The notes below the pieces were generated by a model. That model ran no database searches. It saw only the letters and a program-made list of their open reading frames with translations, and was not told the origin of the DNA. A program made the position numbers and the translations under genes. This document shows, piece after piece, positions 20,707 through 30,533 of a DNA stretch of 64,000 bases. Origin of the DNA: Methylococcales bacterium. GTDB lineage: Bacteria > Pseudomonadota > Gammaproteobacteria > Methylococcales > Methylomonadaceae. Location of the stretch: assembly GCA_023144875.1 (NCBI GenBank), contig JAGLEW010000050.1, forward strand, positions 1,537 to 65,536, in the 5' to 3' direction. Position 1 is the stretch's first letter. Every line of letters begins with the position of its first letter.

Positions 20707-21645
20707 TTAAGGTTTTTTTAATTGAATTCCTTGTGCAATAAATTGGATGGTTTTGATAGGGACACTGCCAATAAGAACAAATTGATAGCCGCCTATTTTT
20801 TTAACCAAAGAATTCATACTGCCCAATGAGTGAATATTCATTGAGATGGTTTCAGCATGTTGTTCTTGGTAAATGGACAATGATGAAAAGCCGTCACTTA
20901 ATAATAGATGATCTACCGAACCATGCATTTTCATTTGTATAAATAAAATCTCTTTAAAGCCTGATGGAATATTATTAAGCTTGAAATTGGCGTGTTTAAA
21001 ATCTTGTAAGCGTGATTGGTGAATGTGTTCAATGGTCTTGGCGTGCTTTAAATCCATGTTAGGCAAAGTAAGCTGCGCTCGAATGTTTAGATCGGTAAAC
21101 ATGACTTGTTCGAGCATTATCCCAGAGGGGCTGTAGACTTCGGTTTTTAGCGGTAAAAAATGATGCTTATCAATCCAAATTTTTCGCGCATAACGAAAAT
21201 AGTCATTGGGTTTGATTAAAATGGCTTGTGCATCCCGTTTTGCAATGATGGCTTGCTCGGTGATTGTAAATTGATAATCGGTTTTTTGTTGCGATAAATT
21301 GGGCGGTAAGTCGAGTATAAAGGACTGATTGCTAGGGTGGTGGTTGATTTCAATGCGATGATTGTCTTTATATAAACAGCTAACCACATCGGTGTTACGA
21401 ATGATCTCACGCATGGGTGAGTTTAAAGATTCTAGGTGTTCTTGCTCAAGACCTTGGTTCATAGCATGTGAATATTTCATACTGTCGAGTTGATTATTTT
21501 TAAAAAAAATAACCGTGCCTTGATAGTTAAGTGATTTCATGGATTGTTGCATTTTTTCAATCCATTGTTGCCCTGTTGTCATTTCCTGTGCGCTAATCAT
21601 CGGGGCAAGTAATAGCATGACTAGTAAGTAAAACAGGTTTATCAT
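20707..21645 (-). CDS. rseB: Sigma-E regulatory protein RseB/MucB
   Basis: Signal peptide MINLFYLLVMLLLAPMISAQE, then QWIEKMQQSMKSLNYQGTVIFF...REIIRNTDVVSC, the RseB pattern. The ORF track extends to 21702. ATG 21645 lies 4 nt after the rseA stop. Confidence 0.85.
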   Translation of the reverse strand: MINLFYLLVMLLLAPMISAQEMTTGQQWIEKMQQSMKSLNYQGTVIFFKNNQLDSMKYSHAMNQGLEQEHLESLNSPMREIIRNTDVVSCLYKDNHRIEINHHPSNQSFILDLPPNLSQQKTDYQFTITEQAIIAKRDAQAILIKPNDYFRYARKIWIDKHHFLPLKTEVYSPSGIMLEQVMFTDLNIRAQLTLPNMDLKHAKTIEHIHQSRLQDFKHANFKLNNIPSGFKEILFIQMKMHGSVDHLLLSDGFSSLSIYQEQHAETISMNIHSLGSMNSLVKKIGGYQFVLIGSVPIKTIQFIAQGIQLKKP

Positions 21646-21649
21646 GGGA

Positions 21650-22174
21650 CTATTCTTGATAGCTGGCAGTTTGTGTGTAAGGCGGAATAATGACTTTTCC
21701 ATTGGTATAAAGACTGCTGTTATGAGCCTGAATATAATTATTTAAGCGGGCGGTTTGGGGTGGGCTTGAATCCACTATTTCAGGGTTTATTGTCGCGTGG
21801 TTTAGTTGAGAAGAGAGCGTCGGTGATGACATGGTATTGATCTTAGCGCTTTGATTGTAAAGCATTCCAAATGCGATAACGGTTATCATGGTAACGCAAG
21901 CGGCTAATGCGATGAGTTTGGGGGGTGGCCTTTGAGAAGTAGGCATAAAATAGTTTGGTTCCTGCGCAATTCCTTCTTGAATGCCCTTTAAAAAATCATT
22001 GCCCATCGGTAGATATTGTTTCGATGATAACGCGTAACGGGCGGTTTGATAGCGGTTTATGGTCTGGCTTAACGTTGAGTTTAATTGAATTTTTTTTAAA
22101 AGCGCAAGCGCGTCATTATTTTTTAACTCATCATCTATTAAACAAGAAATTTTTTGGTTTAAATGTTCATCCAT
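21650..22174 (-). CDS. rseA: Anti-sigma-E factor (RseA/MucA-like)
   Basis: N-terminal RseA_N-like ISCLIDDELKNND...INRYQTARYAL, a central TM helix (LIALAACVTMITVIAFGML), and position between rpoE and rseB. The ORF track starts at TTG 22177; ATG 22174 is preferred. Confidence 0.7.
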   Translation of the reverse strand: MDEHLNQKISCLIDDELKNNDALALLKKIQLNSTLSQTINRYQTARYALSSKQYLPMGNDFLKGIQEGIAQEPNYFMPTSQRPPPKLIALAACVTMITVIAFGMLYNQSAKINTMSSPTLSSQLNHATINPEIVDSSPPQTARLNNYIQAHNSSLYTNGKVIIPPYTQTASYQE

Positions 22175-22180
22175 CAAAGT

Positions 22181-22780
22181 TTACCTTTTATCCAGTAATG
22201 GGGTTAATATTTTATCAATCGCTTCACGCGCTCTAAAAATCCGCGAACGTATGGTGCCGACAGGGCATTGCATGGTTTGAGCAATGTCTTCATAATTCAT
22301 GCCTTCAAACTCTCTTAAGGTGATGGCTATCCGCATTTCTTCGGGTAAATTTTCAATAACTTGTTCGATTGAATTCACAATGTCATCATTCATTAATAAA
22401 TGTTCAGGGGTGTCGATACCTTGTAATTGCGCACAATTCTCAAGCTGTTCCGCTTCTTGAATATCGACTTGATAATCATTACGGCGACGTGAACGCGATA
22501 ACAAATAATTTTTAGCGGTGTTGATGGCAATTCGATAGAGCCATGTGTAAAACGCACTGTCGCCTCGAAATCGAGGTAAGGCTTTATACGCTTTGATAAA
22601 GGTTTCTTGTGCCACATCTTGCGCTTCACTTGGGTCTTTGATATAGCGATTGACGAGCTGAATGACACGATGCTGGTATTTTATAACTAATAAATCATAC
22701 GCTGATTTATCGCCTTGTAAAACTTTAGCGACCAGATCTTTGTCGAGTTGCTTGTTATTGGTATTAAATTGATTATTCAC
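22181..22780 (-). CDS. rpoE: ECF sigma factor RpoE (sigma-24)
   Basis: Strong match to E. coli RpoE (QETFIKAYKALPRFRGDSAFYTWLYRIAINTAKNYL; MRIAITLREFEGMNYEDIAQTMQCPVGTIRSRIFRAREAID). Divergent from nadB as in E. coli. GTG start. Confidence 0.95.
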   Translation of the reverse strand: MNNQFNTNNKQLDKDLVAKVLQGDKSAYDLLVIKYQHRVIQLVNRYIKDPSEAQDVAQETFIKAYKALPRFRGDSAFYTWLYRIAINTAKNYLLSRSRRRNDYQVDIQEAEQLENCAQLQGIDTPEHLLMNDDIVNSIEQVIENLPEEMRIAITLREFEGMNYEDIAQTMQCPVGTIRSRIFRAREAIDKILTPLLDKR

Positions 22781-22801
22781 ACATTCACTTTAGTATTTGG
22801 A

Positions 22802-22828
22802 ATAGACATATATAAATGACGTAAGTTC
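22802..22828 (-). promoter_or_regulatory. Candidate sigma-E-dependent (autoregulatory) promoter of rpoE
   Basis: On the minus strand, GAACTT, then 16 nt (acgtcatttatatatg), then TCTAT, ending ~22 nt upstream of the rpoE GTG. It resembles the E. coli rpoE P2 GGAACTT-N16-TCTAA/TCAAA pattern. The -10 element is imperfect and the leader would be very short. Confidence 0.35.
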
Positions 22829-22920
22829 TATGAAAATAATTGCTATCACCTTAAAAAACGCTATTATCTCTAAAGAATACCGATTAAGCCACTGTAACTT
22901 TAACTGTTTGTAGATTAATT

Positions 22921-24543
22921 ATGTCTGACTCTAATACTTTTGATGTTCTTATTATAGGAACAGGTGCGGCAGGCTTGACGCTTGCACTGAAACTTGCCGA
23001 TCATGCGCGTGTCGGGGTGTTATCTAAATTTCACTTAACCTCAGGAAGCACTTTTTTTGCTCAAGGTGGGATTTCTGCGGTACTGGATAAAACCGATTCG
23101 TTTGATTCTCATGTTAAAGACACGCTTAATGCGGGGGCGGGTTTGTGTGATGAGGATATTGTTCGTTTAACGGTATCCCAAGGTAAACAAAGCATTGATT
23201 GGTTGCGAGAACAAGGGGTTGATTTTACCAAAGAAATATCAGGGCAACTGCATTTAAATCGTGAAGGGGGGCATTCTCATCGGCGCATTGTTCATGCCAC
23301 TGATGCCACAGGAAAAGCGATGTCTCTCGCGTTAATTAAGGGTGCTAAGGAACATGCGAATATAAAAACACTTGAAAATCATAATGTCATTGATTTAATT
23401 ACGGCGGATAAGCTAGATTCTACCTTAGATAAGAGGGTGGTTGGGGCTTATGTTTTGGATGCTAAAAACCAGCAAGTCAAACCAATGGCCGCACGTGTTG
23501 TGGTGTTAGCAACTGGGGGGGCGAGCAAGGTGTATTTTTATTCAACCAACCCTCATATTTCAACAGGGGATGGCATTGCCTTAGCATGGCGGGCAGGGTG
23601 TCATATTGGTAATATGGAATTTATGCAATTTCACCCAACTTGTTTATACCACCCGAAAGCGCATTCATTTTTAATTAGTGAAGCGGTGCGAGGTGAAGGT
23701 GCGTATTTAGTGGATGCGAATGGAATACGATTTATGTCTCGCTATGATGAACGTGCTGAATTAGCGCCGCGTGATATTGTGGCGAGAGCCATTGATAATG
23801 AAATGAAAATGCACGGGGTTGAATGTGTTTATTTGGATATTAGTCATAAACCTGCGAAGTTTATCAAACAACATTTTCCAACGATTTATGAACAGTGCTT
23901 AAAACTGGATATTGATATTACGTGTCAGCCTATTCCTGTCGTACCTGCGGCGCATTATACTTGTGGAGGGGTTATGAGCGATGATTATGCACGTACCAAT
24001 ATTCCGCAATTATATGCCATCGGGGAAGTCGCTTGTACGGGGCTTCATGGGGCAAACCGAATGGCGAGTAATTCTCTGTTAGAATGTTTGGTGTTTGCGG
24101 ATCGTGCCTCAATTGATATTTTAAAGACTTTGCCTTATTTACGACATCTTAATTTGGATATTCCCACATGGGATGAATCACAGGTCACCGATTCCGATGA
24201 AGAGGTGGTTATTTCGCATAACTGGGATGAGTTACGACGTTTTATGTGGGATTATGTGGGAATTGTGCGCACCGATAAACGCTTACACAGAGCTTTGCGC
24301 CGCATTGAATTGCTCAAGGATGAAATTGATGAATATTATTCACACTTTAAAGTCAGTAGTGATTTACTGGAGCTGCGAAATTTAGTGATTGTGGCTGAAT
24401 TGATTGTACGGTGTTCACAACAGCGTAAAGAAAGTCGAGGATTGCATTATACGCAGGATTATCTTGAAAAATTTGAAGATTCAGCCGCAAAAAATAGCAT
24501 TTTAATTCCTATAACGACTAAGACGGGTCAGGGAGTGTCTTAA
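22921..24543 (+). CDS. nadB: L-aspartate oxidase
   Basis: 540 aa (same as E. coli). FAD-binding [12 protein letters not shown], and FMQFHPT and [15 protein letters not shown] motifs. Confidence 0.95.
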   Translation: MSDSNTFDVLIIGTGAAGLTLALKLADHARVGVLSKFHLTSGSTFFAQGGISAVLDKTDSFDSHVKDTLNAGAGLCDEDIVRLTVSQGKQSIDWLREQGVDFTKEISGQLHLNREGGHSHRRIVHATDATGKAMSLALIKGAKEHANIKTLENHNVIDLITADKLDSTLDKRVVGAYVLDAKNQQVKPMAARVVVLATGGASKVYFYSTNPHISTGDGIALAWRAGCHIGNMEFMQFHPTCLYHPKAHSFLISEAVRGEGAYLVDANGIRFMSRYDERAELAPRDIVARAIDNEMKMHGVECVYLDISHKPAKFIKQHFPTIYEQCLKLDIDITCQPIPVVPAAHYTCGGVMSDDYARTNIPQLYAIGEVACTGLHGANRMASNSLLECLVFADRASIDILKTLPYLRHLNLDIPTWDESQVTDSDEEVVISHNWDELRRFMWDYVGIVRTDKRLHRALRRIELLKDEIDEYYSHFKVSSDLLELRNLVIVAELIVRCSQQRKESRGLHYTQDYLEKFEDSAAKNSILIPITTKTGQGVS

Positions 24544-25402
24544 GGTTCGTTAAGGCTTGTTGATTCCAATGTTGAATACCCCATGTTAATATTTCATCCA
24601 CAGATGCTTTTTTCAAGTCAGAAGGGGGCTGTTGTTTTAACAGTGATAAAATTTGAAAAAGTATTTTCTCAGGCTGTTGATGTTCGATCGCTTTAGCATG
24701 AGTTTGTTTACTTAATTTTTGCCCTGTTTCATTAATAATAATGGGAAGATGGCTATAAGTTGGTGTTGAAAAATTTAAAAGATGTTGTAAATACAGTTGC
24801 TTAGGGGTTGAGTCTAAAAGGTCAATGCCTCTTATAATATGACTAATCTGTTGGTATTGATCATCAACCACCACCGCCAGTTGATACGCAACAATATTAT
24901 CTTTGCGCTTGATAATAAAATCCCCATAATCAGTCGCGATATTATAAATAATATGACCTTGTAGTGGGTCTTGAAAGTTGATGGATTGGGCGTAGGTTTT
25001 AAGTCTAAGTGCGGTTTTTTTCTGAAGGTCAGGCGGGTTATTTCGACAAAATTGTGGATAAACCGCGTGATTTTTTAACTGTTTACGGTTGCAAAGGCAG
25101 GGGTAGGTTTGTTGTTTTTGCGTAAGTTCCTCAAGGGCAGCGTGGTAAAGCGCGTGTTGCTGGCTTTGGTAAATAACGGTTTCATCCCAATGTAAACCAA
25201 ATACCTCAAGGGTTTTTAGAATATGATCCGTGGCACCGACACGATTACGCGGTGTGTCTAAATCATCTATTCTAAGGAGCCATTGCCCTTGGTGAGCACG
25301 GGCATCTAAAAAACTAGCAACCGCGGTATATAAAGAGCCTAAGTGTAGGCGACCTGTAGGTGAGGGCGCAAAACGCCCTCGATAAGGTTGAGAGGGGATA
25401 AT
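24518..25402 (-). CDS. gluQ: Glutamyl-Q tRNA(Asp) synthetase (GluQRS/YadB); no canonical start codon, ATT proposed
   Basis: My translation of the minus strand gives an uninterrupted 294-codon frame: [24 protein letters not shown]...[10 protein letters not shown]...YPQFCRNN...[21 protein letters not shown]...[10 protein letters not shown]. It aligns with E. coli YadB from residue ~6 to the end. The ORF track lists only the C-terminal 118 aa (24518-24874) because the first ATG/GTG/TTG in frame is that internal GTG. An in-frame TGA lies at 25406-25408. Confidence 0.8.
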   Translation of the reverse strand: MIPSQPYRGRFAPSPTGRLHLGSLYTAVASFLDARAHQGQWLLRIDDLDTPRNRVGATDHILKTLEVFGLHWDETVIYQSQQHALYHAALEELTQKQQTYPCLCNRKQLKNHAVYPQFCRNNPPDLQKKTALRLKTYAQSINFQDPLQGHIIYNIATDYGDFIIKRKDNIVAYQLAVVVDDQYQQISHIIRGIDLLDSTPKQLYLQHLLNFSTPTYSHLPIIINETGQKLSKQTHAKAIEHQQPEKILFQILSLLKQQPPSDLKKASVDEILTWGIQHWNQQALTNLKTLPDPS

Positions 25403-25409
25403 AGTTCAA

Positions 25410-25841
25410 TTACCCCATTTGTTTTTCACGTATTTCATCTAGTGTTTTACAGTCAATACACAGCGTGGCCGTCGGTCGAGCTTCAAGACGGCGAACGCCA
25501 ATTTCAATACCACACGATTCACAATAGCCATAATCATCGGACTCAATGCTTTGTAACGCCTCATCAATTTTTTTGATTAACTTACGTTCTCTATCACGTG
25601 TTCGTAATTCAAGACTAAATTCAGATTCTTGCGTGGCTCTGTCATTGGGGTCAGGAAAATTAGCGGCATCATCTTGCATGTGATGCACTGTACGGTCGAC
25701 TTCGACCCGTAAATCATTTTTCCAATTAGAGAGTATTTTTAAAAAATGACCTTGTTGATCATTGTTCATATATTCCTCCCCTTTTTTTTCATCATATGGT
25801 TTAAAACCAAAAGGACTTTCATTGTGAGTAGACTCGGTCAT
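25410..25841 (-). CDS. dksA: RNA polymerase-binding transcription factor DksA
   Basis: [11 protein letters not shown] coiled-coil tip motif and a C4 zinc finger, [25 protein letters not shown]. Followed by gluQ as in enterobacteria. Confidence 0.95.
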   Translation of the reverse strand: MTESTHNESPFGFKPYDEKKGEEYMNNDQQGHFLKILSNWKNDLRVEVDRTVHHMQDDAANFPDPNDRATQESEFSLELRTRDRERKLIKKIDEALQSIESDDYGYCESCGIEIGVRRLEARPTATLCIDCKTLDEIREKQMG

Positions 25842-25959
25842 CCATTAGCTCCTAAGCAATTTAAATTTTCGCACTTTTTAACAGAATATTTAATAATAGT
25901 CAAATAAAAATAATAATTTTAATTAAAAAGTTTGCACTAGGTTAGATTCTTGACCTTAT

Positions 25960-28119
25960 TTATGAATGTTTACGTTTTTTATCGGCAATGAGGCTGGCTT
26001 GTGGATAATCAATTTTTCCTGTGGCTAATACGGGCAATTCACGAATAATAAAGATTGTTTTTGGAAAATGAATCGCCGACAATCCATCGCTATTTTTTTT
26101 CAACACTTGGATACTGGCTTGTGGTTGCGTGGTTAATAATAAAATCTGTTCGCCTTTTTTACTGTCTGGCACACTAAGCGCGGCATGTTGCGCCTTAGGC
26201 CATGTTTTTAGCGCTAATTCCTCAACCATCATGAGTGAAACCATTTCACCACCGATTTTAGCAAAACGCTTACTACGGCCTTTAATTAAAAGATAACCTT
26301 CGCTATCAACTTCAACAATATCCCCCGTGTCATACCAGCCTTCACCATAAATAGAACAAGGAGGGACTAATTCCCCAGGGTTTTTCGCTAATAAATAACC
26401 CATCATAATATTAGCCCCCGAAACATGAAGCTTTCCTCCGTTTTCAATGCCTTTAACCGTTTCTAACTTATAATTCATGGCGGGCAGAAAGCGTCCGACA
26501 GTGCCAACTTTACAATCAATGGGGGTATTGACTGAAATAACAGGGGCGGTTTCAGTGGCGCCATAGCCTTCTAAAATACGAATTCCGAATTTTTCGATCC
26601 ATTCATCACGGGTGGTGTTTTGTAGTTTTTCAGCGCCTGCAACCACATAACGCATACTATGAAAATCATAGGGGTGGGCTTTTTTAGCATATGCGGCTAA
26701 AAAGGTATTCGTACCAAACATAATCGTGGCATTTTGTTCATAGGCCATTTCAGGTACGATGCTATAGTGTAATGGGCTTGGATAATAAAACGTTTTGATG
26801 CCATTCATTAACGGTAAAATTGCCCCCGCCGTAAAGCCAAAGGAATGAAATAACGGTAAAAAATTAAGCACGGTGTCTTGGGCATTAAAACTAATGCGTG
26901 ACTTTATTTGGTGAATATTCGCTAAAATATTACGATGTGATAACACCACGCCTTTTGGCGTACCTTCTGAACCTGAGGTAAATAATACAACGGCGGCTTT
27001 ATTGGAATCATGATTTTTACTAGGGTACCAAAGCGTCGCGGTTTTGGATTTTAATACGGCACTGAGTTTATCAATCGTAGTAATTTTTTCGACTAAATCT
27101 TCCATATATAATAGGATTAAGAATTTACTTAAAGCGGCGGCTTCTTCTTCAAGCTTGCCTAATTCTATGAAACGTCGAGAGGTTAAAACGGTTTTGATTT
27201 GCGCGGTTTGACATGCTGAGACCATCCCTGTTGCGCCCATTGTATAATTAAGCATTGCAGGCACACGAGCGCTCACTTGCAGCGCAAAAATGGTTAATAA
27301 TGTTTTTTGTGAGTTTGGTAAGAAAACGCCAATATATTCGCCTTGTTGCGTGTGTGTGGTTAAAGTATCCGAGAGCGCAATGGATTGGGTGATTAAATCG
27401 TTATACGATAATGGAATACGATCTAAATCTTCGGAAATTTTATGATTACCTCCGTGTATGGTTCGCGCTTCGAGGACTGATGAAAATAATGTTTGTTGAT
27501 AATGGCTGGTGGTAAACATCATATTATTCATTAAATCGGCTAACGCACGACCACTTAATTGGCGGCGTGATTTTCCACGTAAGCGATCATCACAATGAAT
27601 TTTAGTTGGCGGTAAAATGTGAATGTGAATTTTAGGAAAAAAACGCAGTCGTACGATACGGCTTAATTTTGAAAAATGGGTAAATTCACCGCCTGAAATT
27701 CGAATAGGTAAGACGGTCGCCCCTGATTTATCGGCGACCATGCCTGTACCATCGTAAACTTTCATCATTGAGCCTGTGACTGTAATGCGGCCTTCTGGAA
27801 AAATAACGGTTTTAGTGCTGGTTTTTAAATGTTGAATTAAATTCTTTAACGACAATGGGTGGGTGGGATCCATTGGGAACACATTGGATAACCATAAAAA
27901 GGGCTTAAGCCACCATAATTGAGAAATTTGAGTATTAATGGCAAAGGTAATTTTATCGGGTAAAAAGACACCCAATAATAAGGGATCTAAAAAAGAACTG
28001 TGATTGGCGACAATTAAAACTCGATCCCCTGCCTGATGATAATTTTCAAGTCCATGAACTTCAACACGATAAATAACCCGTAAAAGGGCGGTTAATATTT
28101 TTTTTACAAGCGAATACAT
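25960..28119 (-). CDS. aas: Bifunctional 2-acylglycerophosphoethanolamine acyltransferase / acyl-ACP synthetase (Aas-like)
   Basis: 719 aa (E. coli Aas is 719). N-terminal PlsC-type HX4D (ANHSSFLDP). C-terminal AMP-binding motifs (FTSGSEGTPKGV, EGYGATETAPV, WYDTGDIV, GRSKRFAKIGGE). Confidence 0.85.
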   Translation of the reverse strand: MYSLVKKILTALLRVIYRVEVHGLENYHQAGDRVLIVANHSSFLDPLLLGVFLPDKITFAINTQISQLWWLKPFLWLSNVFPMDPTHPLSLKNLIQHLKTSTKTVIFPEGRITVTGSMMKVYDGTGMVADKSGATVLPIRISGGEFTHFSKLSRIVRLRFFPKIHIHILPPTKIHCDDRLRGKSRRQLSGRALADLMNNMMFTTSHYQQTLFSSVLEARTIHGGNHKISEDLDRIPLSYNDLITQSIALSDTLTTHTQQGEYIGVFLPNSQKTLLTIFALQVSARVPAMLNYTMGATGMVSACQTAQIKTVLTSRRFIELGKLEEEAAALSKFLILLYMEDLVEKITTIDKLSAVLKSKTATLWYPSKNHDSNKAAVVLFTSGSEGTPKGVVLSHRNILANIHQIKSRISFNAQDTVLNFLPLFHSFGFTAGAILPLMNGIKTFYYPSPLHYSIVPEMAYEQNATIMFGTNTFLAAYAKKAHPYDFHSMRYVVAGAEKLQNTTRDEWIEKFGIRILEGYGATETAPVISVNTPIDCKVGTVGRFLPAMNYKLETVKGIENGGKLHVSGANIMMGYLLAKNPGELVPPCSIYGEGWYDTGDIVEVDSEGYLLIKGRSKRFAKIGGEMVSLMMVEELALKTWPKAQHAALSVPDSKKGEQILLLTTQPQASIQVLKKNSDGLSAIHFPKTIFIIRELPVLATGKIDYPQASLIADKKRKHS

Positions 28120-28284
28120 CGCCTATCTCCTTAAAGTTTAATAAAAAGGACAGCTTTTTTGGTGACTTTAATTATAAGAGATAAAAACGGCTTCAATAAA
28201 AATTAAGCAACTCATAGGAGGTTTTTTAACAACTTTGATTTTACACGCTACTATAAGACAATCTTAAAAGAGTGATTTTTTAAG

Positions 28285-30486
28285 ATGACTAACATCAATA
28301 AAAGAGAGAAAACAATGGGAAATACTAAGGATTCAGCTATCGCAGGCGACCAACAACTCAAAAAATTACGCACTGCTCTCGCCGTTTCACAAGGGACACG
28401 ATTATTACAAATTTTACTTCAAAAAGCCTCGGCAACGGTCTCTCATAATCAAACCAAACGGGTGAGTTATTTAATTGGCTTATTTTCTGAAATTCACCGT
28501 GAAATATTTCATCATTGGCAATATCAAGCCATCGCATCTCATCGCCCTGGAACAATGCCTGATGCTAAAAAGCGCCAAGCCTTTCGTCAAGCCATTGAAA
28601 AATTAGTCTTAGATGATAACCGACATCAAAAAACTGCTATCTTTGATAATAATGGGTTCGTGATTCGTTCTAAAAATATTGCTAAACGTTTAGCTAAATT
28701 TTATTTTAATATGCGTTCAATTCGACCTTTTGATTATGGTAATCGGATTACCTTAGATTTTTTTATGACGGTATTAGGAAAGTTACCTGCTTTCAATGCG
28801 GTTTATGGGCAAGGGATTGATTTTAGGCGATTGAGTCAACGGGATTCGGTGGCGTTACATGAGTCAAAAGACGAATTAACCCCCGTGATTGTCGCTTTTG
28901 AACATGCCTTGCAACCTAAGCGAAATAAAAACTTGCTTAATAAAGCCAATGGTTATGGAAAATGGCCTGAAAATAAAAAATATATTGCGGGTTTACCTTT
29001 TTTATCGCATAAAACCACTGAAGGGATTGAGTGTTTAGTCGCTATTAATGGGGGCTTAGTCCCTTTTGCTTTGATTAAAAAAGATTTAGATACAGCAGGA
29101 AAACATCTTGCCGACTATCCTTTGTGTGAGACCAAGAATATTATTGGTTATTTACCGAATACTGAAGATTTGCGTGATCCTAATCGGCAAGAAATAGATG
29201 GGGTTTTAATTGGTGAACAGGGTGAAGTGCCCTTATTTTGTTTGGATATTAATATCTTAACGGGCTTAAGTTCGGTTGGGCAAGCAGAACTCAATGAACT
29301 CTTAAAAAAGCGTGCAGGGAATAATGTCACCTTATTAACACTGGCGAATAATAAGCGGTTAAAAAATAAATTACTGCGCGCGTCAAAAAATGAACCTCGC
29401 TTACAAAGAACGGTTGAAATTGCCTGTGAGCGGATTGATAAAATGGCGTTTAAGTTAGAAAAGGCCAAGCAGGCTGTTTTTGAAGGTAAAACACCTGATG
29501 ATGAGCCTAAGTTATTTGTTTCGATGGGGGGCGCGGGTTCTGGAAAAACGGCTGTTGAAGAAATGGCACACGCGCAATGTGGTGAAAATTTTGTAATTGC
29601 GTCGTTGGATGAATTTCGTAAACGAAGTGACCTTTATAGCGTGTTAACCGCGGCAAATCATCACAGTGATGATTATGTTTATGTCGAACCTTTTGCTAAT
29701 TTTTTGCGGGATATGGTCGCAAAACACGCAAAAGACCAGAAGATTAATTTATTGTACGATGGTACAGGGATTCCTTTTATTCCACGTTATTCAACCATTA
29801 TTGAAGCCTTTAAAAAAGCAGGCTTTAAATCACAAGTGATTGCGGTTGATGCGTTTATTGTTAAACCGAAAGGACGTGAAAAAGAATTAATCCGAGAAGG
29901 TATTATTAGCAGTGTGAAATCGCGTTATGAACAAACAGGAAGGGCTTTACCGTGGGTAATTACCGTCTATAAGCATTTACGAGCGCCGCGTTCTTTTTTA
30001 TATGCAATTGAAGAAAGTGCCTTAGGAAAAATTTCACTCTTTGCCAATGATGGTGCAAAAGATCAGCATTATTTAGTGGCTGAAAGTTTTGATGTAGAAT
30101 TTGAAGAGGTGGAAATTTTACAAAAAGAACAGCTCAATAGTAACCTGTGTACGTATTTAAAACATCAAATTATCAACGATGAGCACTCTATTTTAAGAAA
30201 TTTAGCCTACGGTGATCAGGTAAAAACTGAGCAATTAATGGCACGAAATCCAAGTTTTGTTGAAAAAAATGTTGCTTATCAAGCATACAGTAATGAAAAT
30301 GGCTCGCGTGTTTTGTGTATTTATAATGCCCGCAGAATGGTGGATTTTGTTGAAAAAAGACAATTGAACCCGAATGCGTCTGGCGAAGAAGGTTTGCGTT
30401 ATAAAATTGAAGCATTAGCATTTCATGTAGACCCTAAAAATAAAGAACCGTGGATGATTCGACTGCAAGGATCGAGTCTGGAATAA
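28285..30486 (+). CDS. Large multidomain protein: N-terminal region with a possible degenerate Fic/Doc-like motif plus a zeta-toxin-family P-loop kinase domain
   Basis: Residues ~410-560 align with pSM19035 zeta toxin: FVSMGGAGSGKTAV vs LLGGQPGSGKTSL; NFVIASLDEFRKR vs NVIVIDNDTFKQQ; INLLYDGTGIPF...KKAGFKSQVIAVDAFIVKP vs YNLVIEGTGR...QAKGYETKMYVMAVPKI; KSRYEQTGR vs IERYE. N-terminal residues ~155-170 read SIRPFDYGNRITLDFF, loosely like the Fic core HPFx(D/E)GNGRxxR but lacking the His. The start may be the second ATG at 28315. Confidence 0.6.
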   Translation: MTNINKREKTMGNTKDSAIAGDQQLKKLRTALAVSQGTRLLQILLQKASATVSHNQTKRVSYLIGLFSEIHREIFHHWQYQAIASHRPGTMPDAKKRQAFRQAIEKLVLDDNRHQKTAIFDNNGFVIRSKNIAKRLAKFYFNMRSIRPFDYGNRITLDFFMTVLGKLPAFNAVYGQGIDFRRLSQRDSVALHESKDELTPVIVAFEHALQPKRNKNLLNKANGYGKWPENKKYIAGLPFLSHKTTEGIECLVAINGGLVPFALIKKDLDTAGKHLADYPLCETKNIIGYLPNTEDLRDPNRQEIDGVLIGEQGEVPLFCLDINILTGLSSVGQAELNELLKKRAGNNVTLLTLANNKRLKNKLLRASKNEPRLQRTVEIACERIDKMAFKLEKAKQAVFEGKTPDDEPKLFVSMGGAGSGKTAVEEMAHAQCGENFVIASLDEFRKRSDLYSVLTAANHHSDDYVYVEPFANFLRDMVAKHAKDQKINLLYDGTGIPFIPRYSTIIEAFKKAGFKSQVIAVDAFIVKPKGREKELIREGIISSVKSRYEQTGRALPWVITVYKHLRAPRSFLYAIEESALGKISLFANDGAKDQHYLVAESFDVEFEEVEILQKEQLNSNLCTYLKHQIINDEHSILRNLAYGDQVKTEQLMARNPSFVEKNVAYQAYSNENGSRVLCIYNARRMVDFVEKRQLNPNASGEEGLRYKIEALAFHVDPKNKEPWMIRLQGSSLE

Positions 30487-30533
30487 AGCCTTGGTGAAAA
30501 CAGACATAATTATAGCGACAGGAATTTAGAAAT

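Noticed and set aside
24518-24874. ORF-track entry of 118 aa that could be read as an independent small gene
   Set aside because: It is the C-terminal third of gluQ. The same frame stays open for a further 176 codons upstream and encodes the whole GluQRS catalytic core. The track truncated it only because the first ATG/GTG/TTG in frame is this internal GTG.
24518-25402. gluQ as a pseudogene because it lacks a canonical start
   Set aside because: The frame has no internal stops or frameshifts across 294 codons, and all hallmark motifs (HLGS, Zn-binding Cys, KLSKQ) are intact. Non-canonical initiation is more parsimonious than decay, though it remains unproven.
29148-29468. 106-aa antisense ORF inside the zeta-like kinase gene, considered as a hidden antitoxin
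   Set aside because: It has no Shine-Dalgarno sequence and no motif, and it lies fully inside the sense ORF in the linker region. Nothing distinguishes it from the other antisense ORFs in the track (28358-28555, 30188-30421).
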